This document shows, in pieces, positions 15,359 through 20,680 of a stretch of DNA of 20,680 nucleotides; position 1 is the first letter of the stretch; every line of letters begins with the position of its first letter. This DNA is from Halalkalibacterium halodurans (GTDB lineage: Bacteria > Bacillota > Bacilli > Bacillales > Bacillaceae_D). A program made the position numbers and the translations under genes. Where the stretch lies: contig NZ_SNUY01000009.1 in NCBI RefSeq assembly GCF_004376175.1, forward strand, positions 64,213-84,892, in the 5' to 3' direction. The notes under the pieces were generated by a model. The model saw only the letters and a list, made by a program, of their open reading frames with translations, made no database searches and was not told the origin of the DNA.

Positions 15359-16375
15359 TCACTCCCTTTTTCCTTTTACGTATTTTTTATCAAATAAGAA
15401 GAGACGAAGGAGCAAATAGAGCGACGGCAACAAAAGAAGCATCCCAAGAATGAATACGACAATGAGCGAGATGGCCATCGCCTCGTTCGTAAACCCGTCA
15501 TAAATCGTCAAGTGCGGGTATAGCAAATACGGATAATGGGAAATGCCGTAACCGAAAAAGGCGAACATAAATTGAAAAATCATTAGCCAAACCGCTGCAC
15601 CGAAATGTCGCTTCAACCAAATCAGCCTAAGCGTGAGCGCCCAAAGCACAAAAGATATAGCAAACATCCACCATAGCTGCATGATGCTCTCAAAATGATC
15701 GATGTTATGGTTACGAAGCTCAAAAATAATGCCACCAGCCGCCACAATGAGGGGCACAGACCAGATGATCGCATATTTTCGCATGAGTGCCGTTGCTTCC
15801 ATGTCACCAGTTTTATGAGCATACCAAGTGAGAAAGACGGATGAAATATAAAGGACGGCCACAAGGCTTAAGACGACGATCGACCATGTGAGTGGACTCG
15901 TCAACAATGCCGTATAGTCAAGAACCGGGACCCCATTTTCAAAGGAAACAAAGCCGCCCTCTGAAATCGTTAAAACGACGGAGAGCGAGGCAGGAATAAA
16001 GATGCCCGTCGCTCCATACATAAACGCATACCCTTTATGACCTTTTGCTCCATAAGACTCGAACGCATAGTAAGAGCCTCGTAACGCAAGCAAAATGATC
16101 GAGACACTTGCTGGAATGAGTAAAATCGATCCGAAATAAAAGGCACTATCTGGGAAGAAGCCGATGATCCCGACCACAAAAAACACGAAAAAGACATTCG
16201 TCACTTCCCAGACCGGTGAAAGGTACCGTTGAATCACTTTACTTAAAATGTGCTGCTTATTTGTAAGAATGCTATGGGCGTTAAACACACCGGCTCCATA
16301 GTCGATCGACCCGACGATCACATAGAGAAAGAGAAAAAGCCATAACACTGTAATGCCAATTAATTCTAAGCCCAT
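15359..16375 (-). CDS. cydB: cytochrome bd quinol oxidase subunit II
   Basis: 338-aa polytopic membrane protein. It starts 10 nt before the cydA stop, with GGAGGGG upstream. The N-terminal ...SIDYGAGVF motif is typical of CydB. Confidence 0.9.
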   Translation of the reverse strand: MGLELIGITVLWLFLFLYVIVGSIDYGAGVFNAHSILTNKQHILSKVIQRYLSPVWEVTNVFFVFFVVGIIGFFPDSAFYFGSILLIPASVSIILLALRGSYYAFESYGAKGHKGYAFMYGATGIFIPASLSVVLTISEGGFVSFENGVPVLDYTALLTSPLTWSIVVLSLVAVLYISSVFLTWYAHKTGDMEATALMRKYAIIWSVPLIVAAGGIIFELRNHNIDHFESIMQLWWMFAISFVLWALTLRLIWLKRHFGAAVWLMIFQFMFAFFGYGISHYPYLLYPHLTIYDGFTNEAMAISLIVVFILGMLLLLPSLYLLLRLFLFDKKYVKGKRE

Positions 16376-17712
16376 CGCTCATCCCCTCCCGAATAATACG
16401 CAAGATCTTCCTCGATCGATCGCTTCCGGAACATGCGCCGGAGCACTACGATGGTCCCGATACCGAGAATGAGGTAGAGAAGGACAAAGCCGAGAAACAC
16501 AACATCTACGTACGCAGCCGTCGTCGCCGCTTCATCAACCGTCATAATCCCGCGTAAAATCCAAGGCTGGCGTCCGACCTCGGCCATCCACCACCCGGCT
16601 TGAATCGCAAGGAAGGATAAGGGTGCCCCCATCACAATCAGCCATCTATACCCGTTTTTATCTACGAACGACCAGTTTCGCCATCTTGCCACTAAGAAGA
16701 CAAACGACAACGCCAGCATGAACATTCCGATCGTAATCATCATGTCAAAGAAATAATGAATGATGAGCGGCGGCTGGTACTCCTCGGGAAACTCGTTAAG
16801 CCCGATCACTTCTGCGTTTGGGTCACTATGAGCCAAAATACTTAACGCATAAGGAATCTCAATTCCGTACTTCACTTCATGGTCCTCACCGAGAATCCCC
16901 CAAAGGATGAGCGGCGCCCGTTCTTCGGTTTCAAAGTGCCACTCCGCTGCTGCTAATTTTTCCGGCTGATATTCAGCCAAATACTTACCCGAGAAATCCC
17001 CAATGATCGCCGAGGCAATCGCAAAGATAAAACCGATCTTCATGCTCACGTTAAGTGATTTTTTATAGTACGACGTCTCGCTCCCTTTCATCAGACGAAA
17101 CGCAGCAATGGCTGCAAGCGTAAAGGCGACCGTCATATACGCCGTGGCCAAGACGTGCGTCACCTTCGTCGGCATCGACACCGTCAGCATCGCCAGTAAC
17201 GGATTCATGTTGGTTAGCTCGCCATTGACCAATTCAAAACCACTTGGAGAATTCATAAAGGCGTTCACGACCGTAATAAAAAACGCTGACAAAGCCCCTC
17301 CAACCGCAACCGGAATCAGCAACAACAAATGCTTTTTCTGATTGTCAAAACGATCCCACGTATATAAATAAATTCCGAGGAAGATCGCTTCGAAAAAGAA
17401 CGCGAAAACTTCCATAAAGAGTGGAAGCGCAATAATATGTCCGGCAAGCTGCATAAAATTCGGCCACAATAGGGCAAGCTGCAGCCCGATCGCTGTACCA
17501 GTCACAACCCCGACGGCCACGGTAACAACAAAGCCTTTGGCCAGCCTTCGCGCCATCAGAATGTAGTGTAGATCATTTTTCTTAATTCCAAGCCAATGAA
17601 AAATAATAATCATGAATGGCAATCCTACACCGATCGTTGCATAAAAAATGTGAAAGGAAAGCGTAAGAATGGTTAATAATCGACTCATTAATACAGGATC
17701 GTCAAAAAACAT
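16366..17712 (-). CDS. cydA: cytochrome bd quinol oxidase subunit I
   Basis: Polytopic protein with CydA hallmarks (GRQPW, the Q-loop region, WMAEVGRQPW). The preferred start is ATG 17712 (MFFDDPVLMSRL...) because AGGGGGGAAAGG sits immediately upstream. The tracked start at 17757 lacks a Shine-Dalgarno sequence. Confidence 0.92.
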   Translation of the reverse strand: MFFDDPVLMSRLLTILTLSFHIFYATIGVGLPFMIIIFHWLGIKKNDLHYILMARRLAKGFVVTVAVGVVTGTAIGLQLALLWPNFMQLAGHIIALPLFMEVFAFFFEAIFLGIYLYTWDRFDNQKKHLLLLIPVAVGGALSAFFITVVNAFMNSPSGFELVNGELTNMNPLLAMLTVSMPTKVTHVLATAYMTVAFTLAAIAAFRLMKGSETSYYKKSLNVSMKIGFIFAIASAIIGDFSGKYLAEYQPEKLAAAEWHFETEERAPLILWGILGEDHEVKYGIEIPYALSILAHSDPNAEVIGLNEFPEEYQPPLIIHYFFDMMITIGMFMLALSFVFLVARWRNWSFVDKNGYRWLIVMGAPLSFLAIQAGWWMAEVGRQPWILRGIMTVDEAATTAAYVDVVFLGFVLLYLILGIGTIVVLRRMFRKRSIEEDLAYYSGGDERWA

Positions 17713-18282
17713 ACCTTTCCCCCCTACTTTATTCCTCAACGCAAAAACTTTGCTCATACCTTCACAATATTCCTTATGTCATTATAACGATTGACACGAT
17801 AAAGTGTATCGAGCGTATGTTAAATTTTCATGAAGTCTAGGGAACTTTCATTTTTATGACACATTTCGTCCAAGGATTGTCAGGAGGTTGAACGTGTCCT
17901 AAATTCGAGCCTACAGAAAATCCATTCAGCGTATCATTTCTATTACATTAGAAGTTCATAAAATGGATCACATACTTTCTTTGTTATCTTAGAATCATAA
18001 TATATTATACCGAGAATGTTCTGACTAAAACTGACACTCCTCTAGCCACCTATTAGCTTAAACAAAACGAGCCTCGCATCGTACTGCCCTGGACTGAAAT
18101 CATAATTACCTACTGTGAACACGGTGCAACCCATCGTTGGGAACTACACATCATACCCGCTATAAAGCCTAATGACAGATTCCACTGACATTTGTTTTTG
18201 TCAATAATAAATTGAGCCAGAGCGATTACGTTAAAAGTGAGCCACTTGAAATATGTTAAGTCCCATTTATGGAGGGATATGG

Positions 18283-18328
18283 AATGTTCAGGGTGTGTTG
18301 CCCGGGAGGGCAACACACCCTGAACATT
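18283..18328 (-). terminator. perfect 21-bp stem / GGGA-loop hairpin 12 nt downstream of istB
   Basis: AATGTTCAGGGTGTGTTGCCC (18283-18303) is exactly complementary to 18308-18328. It lies inside the IS21 end. Confidence 0.5.
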
Positions 18329-18340
18329 TTCGCGCCTCGA

Positions 18341-19102
18341 TTACCCTTCGGCGTTATTTTCTTTCCGTTTTATACTTTGCCTAAATCTATAAGACTCCCC
18401 GTTAAGTAAATGAATATGTGCTTTGTGGGTGAGACGATCTAAGAGGGCTGCTGTCATTTTTTCGTCTCCAAAAACGGAAGTCCATTCAGTAAAATCAAGA
18501 TTGGTTGTGATAATAACGCTTGCGCGTTCATAGCGACTTGAGAAGAACTGAAACAATAGTTCTGATCCTATCTTTGAGAAGGGCACATATCCTAGCTCAT
18601 CGATTATGATTACATCAAATTTGAGCCACTTTTTTTCAAATGAAAGCAGAGTATGCTCTTCTTTTGCCAATAATAATTCCTCTACTAATTGAGCAGCTGT
18701 TATAAACTTAACTTTAAGGCCGTTTTTGATTAGTTCAATCCCTAAACCTGTAGCTAGATGGGTTTTCCCGGTACCACTGTTTCCTAGAAATAATATGTTC
18801 TCTTTCTTTTGGACAAATTCTCCTTTAGCCAGGGTCAAAAATCGATTTTTGTTTAGGCTAGGCATTAAGCTAAAATCATACGAATCTAACGTTTTTTGTA
18901 CGGTAAATGTAGCTTGCTTAAGTCGCCTTTGTTTTTGATTTTCTTCCCTTGTTTGGAGCTCAAGTTCTAATAGAGCCATCAGGTATTCTTCATAACGTAA
19001 GTTTCTTTCTTCAGCCTCTCTTGCGAGAGAACGATACTGTTTAGCGATCGTTGGCATCCTCAATTGTTTAGTTATGTGGTCTAATAATAATTCAGTGGTC
19101 AT
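18341..19102 (-). CDS. istB: IS21-family helper ATPase IstB
   Basis: 253 aa. Walker A GNSGTGKTHLA and Walker B IIIDELGY (AAA+ DnaC-like). The start lies 1 nt after the istA stop. Confidence 0.93.
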   Translation of the reverse strand: MTTELLLDHITKQLRMPTIAKQYRSLAREAEERNLRYEEYLMALLELELQTREENQKQRRLKQATFTVQKTLDSYDFSLMPSLNKNRFLTLAKGEFVQKKENILFLGNSGTGKTHLATGLGIELIKNGLKVKFITAAQLVEELLLAKEEHTLLSFEKKWLKFDVIIIDELGYVPFSKIGSELLFQFFSSRYERASVIITTNLDFTEWTSVFGDEKMTAALLDRLTHKAHIHLLNGESYRFRQSIKRKENNAEG

Positions 19103-19103
19103 T

Positions 19104-20627
19104 TTACTGTCCCCCTGTCAATTGCCCATACTGTGATATGCTAGACTTTTGAATTTTGTAATCTAACAAACTCAAAGGGGTATTTTCAATAGGGAGTTTA
19201 TCGATTGTCACGTCATTATTTGTCAATCGCTGAATTAGCTCATGAACGACTTCATAACGATAAACCTGTGTTTTTTCTGCTTGTATTAGAGCTTTTGTTA
19301 AATTTTCCATTCCTATCTCGCGATGCAGGAGCAGGAGACGTATGAATTTTCGGTCACCATTCGCACCTTCTTCTTCACGCATTTTATGATGAAACCTCCT
19401 AAACACATCTGGGATGTCTGAAGATTGAAATGCATGAGCATCTCGGATCGCTCTTGGCTTTTTCAATAGGGCTTCTAAATAATGATCAAGAACTGTAATC
19501 ATCTGATTCCGTTCGTAAGAGCGGGGATGTTGTGCGATTACCTGGTTTTGAGCCACTACGATTACTTGATCCACAAAAATTTTTACCCAAACAGCTTGTC
19601 CAACATAACGACATGGAACCGAATATTGATTTGTTTCAACAGTGATTAATGAGGTTTTGTTCACTTGACACGAAACTAATTTACAAGCTTCGAATTTGTT
19701 GGCTGGAAGAGGGTGTAGATGTTCTTTTTCTTTATGCCACATTTGTAAGACTGTTTCTTTTCTATGTGGTACTTTTCTTCTTTCTGATTCTTCCATACAC
19801 CAATTTAAAAGATAATTATTTAATTCTTCCATTGATTGTACTTCTGGCAATGGAACGAAGGCATTTCTTCGGACATAACCAACGGTTCCTTCCACTCTAC
19901 CTTTTTCGTTCCCAGCTCTAACGTTACAAAATTCTGCTTTAAATAAATAGTGAGCTTGCAGGGCAAGAAAAGCCTCCTGTTCAAGTCGATCTCTTCCTTG
20001 TAAATTCTTTTGCACGGCTGTTTTTAAATTATCAAAAAGTCCTTCTGTCGGAACACCTCCAAAAAATTGAAAAGCATGCACAAATCCATCTAAGAAAGCC
20101 TCTTGTTTTTCATGAAGGTATGCTCTGACGAATCTCATTCGAGATGCCGAAAGTTGCATACAGAAGAGGAAAATACGTTGTTTTCGACCCTGTAGTATAA
20201 TATCCGCCTCTCCCCAGTCGAATTGGAATTGGTGGCCGAGTTGAAAGTCAAGAGGGATAAAGACTTCCTGTAGCTTCTTTTTGCGCTTTGCAACAATTTT
20301 TCTCAGATTAGATTCAGAACCTTTAAATTCATATTCAGCTACTAATCTCTCATACATCCGTGCAGCTGTATGGCGTTGTTTTCCCCAACGCTTTAAATCA
20401 TCTTCTAACCATTTATCGATAATAGGTAATATTCTCTCGGTTTCTTCAGAATACTTTGCTTTACCATATACTTTTTTACGATGAATAGTTGTTGGGGGTT
20501 CACCTTGCTTTAAATATTTACTTACAGTATTTCTTGATATTCCTAACTTTTTAGCTATTTGCCTTTGCGACAGTCCTTCTACCTCTTTCATAAATTTGAT
20601 ATTATAAAATTGAGCCATGTTGATCAT
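19104..20627 (-). CDS. istA: IS21-family transposase IstA
   Basis: 507 aa. N-terminal HTH (LSQRQIAKKLGISRNTVSKY), an rve-type DDE core (FQFDWGE...), and a C-terminal IstA domain. Confidence 0.93.
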   Translation of the reverse strand: MINMAQFYNIKFMKEVEGLSQRQIAKKLGISRNTVSKYLKQGEPPTTIHRKKVYGKAKYSEETERILPIIDKWLEDDLKRWGKQRHTAARMYERLVAEYEFKGSESNLRKIVAKRKKKLQEVFIPLDFQLGHQFQFDWGEADIILQGRKQRIFLFCMQLSASRMRFVRAYLHEKQEAFLDGFVHAFQFFGGVPTEGLFDNLKTAVQKNLQGRDRLEQEAFLALQAHYLFKAEFCNVRAGNEKGRVEGTVGYVRRNAFVPLPEVQSMEELNNYLLNWCMEESERRKVPHRKETVLQMWHKEKEHLHPLPANKFEACKLVSCQVNKTSLITVETNQYSVPCRYVGQAVWVKIFVDQVIVVAQNQVIAQHPRSYERNQMITVLDHYLEALLKKPRAIRDAHAFQSSDIPDVFRRFHHKMREEEGANGDRKFIRLLLLHREIGMENLTKALIQAEKTQVYRYEVVHELIQRLTNNDVTIDKLPIENTPLSLLDYKIQKSSISQYGQLTGGQ

Positions 20628-20680
20628 CCTTTTCTACCTCTCTTATCTTGATTGTTTGGTCACTATCAATAATAAGAGAG

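Larger units (their letters stand above)
18114..20680 (-). mobile_element. IS21-family insertion sequence, partial (istA-proximal end lies beyond the window; istB-proximal end is approximate)
   Basis: An istA-istB gene pair. Subterminal 25-bp-period direct repeats lie downstream of istB (AAATTGAGCCA at 18209-18219 and AAAGTGAGCCA at 18234-18244). The left boundary cannot be fixed without the other inverted repeat; it could lie anywhere between about 18110 and 18200. Confidence 0.7.

Noticed and set aside
17750-17767. Rex-like operator in the cydA leader (minus-strand sense TTGTGAAGGTATGAGCAA)
   Set aside because: Only the left half-site TTGTGAA is good, and the right half matches 4 of 7 positions. 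A TATAAT at 17781-17786 (minus strand) lies nearby, but it has no convincing -35. I left this as an unconfirmed guess.
18110-18316. 68-aa minus-strand ORF downstream of istB
   Set aside because: It begins inside the 21-bp hairpin and covers the subterminal repeats of the IS21 end, so it is most likely non-coding IS terminus.
1-20680. Search for tRNA/rRNA genes, CRISPR arrays, toxin-antitoxin pairs or defence-system gene sets
   Set aside because: I found no regularly spaced repeats, no cloverleaf-like or rRNA-like segments, and no ORFs with defence or toxin signatures. Every large ORF is accounted for by metabolism, sporulation or transposition functions.

Overview
This is a chromosomal segment from a spore-forming Bacillaceae-type Firmicute. 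The housekeeping genes are mqo, a secreted ComEC-type MBL hydrolase lipoprotein paired with a small DUF3006-like gene, the spore-coat transglutaminase tgl next to a YjcZ-family sporulation gene, and a complete cytochrome bd locus. That locus is split into two convergent units, cydD-cydC on the plus strand and cydA-cydB plus an untracked 33-codon ORF on the minus strand. Four unrelated insertion sequences sit in 20.7 kb. An IS1182-family element carries an in-frame TGA in its transposase. An IS630-family element sits in a CTAG/TA target and is bracketed by a 124-bp direct repeat. An IS256-family element lies between two membrane-protein gene fragments, one of them VanZ-like. An IS21-family istAB element runs off the right edge of the window. 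Between the IS elements lie decayed remnants: an isochorismatase-like pseudogene and a ~690-bp orphan segment with two strong hairpins. I found no tRNA, rRNA or CRISPR array, and no coherent new multi-gene system such as defence, secretion or biosynthesis. The points most worth a second look are the small CydS-like ORF, the inverted cyd architecture, the ambiguous cydD start, the repeat structure around IS630, and the extended YjcZ-like protein beside tgl.
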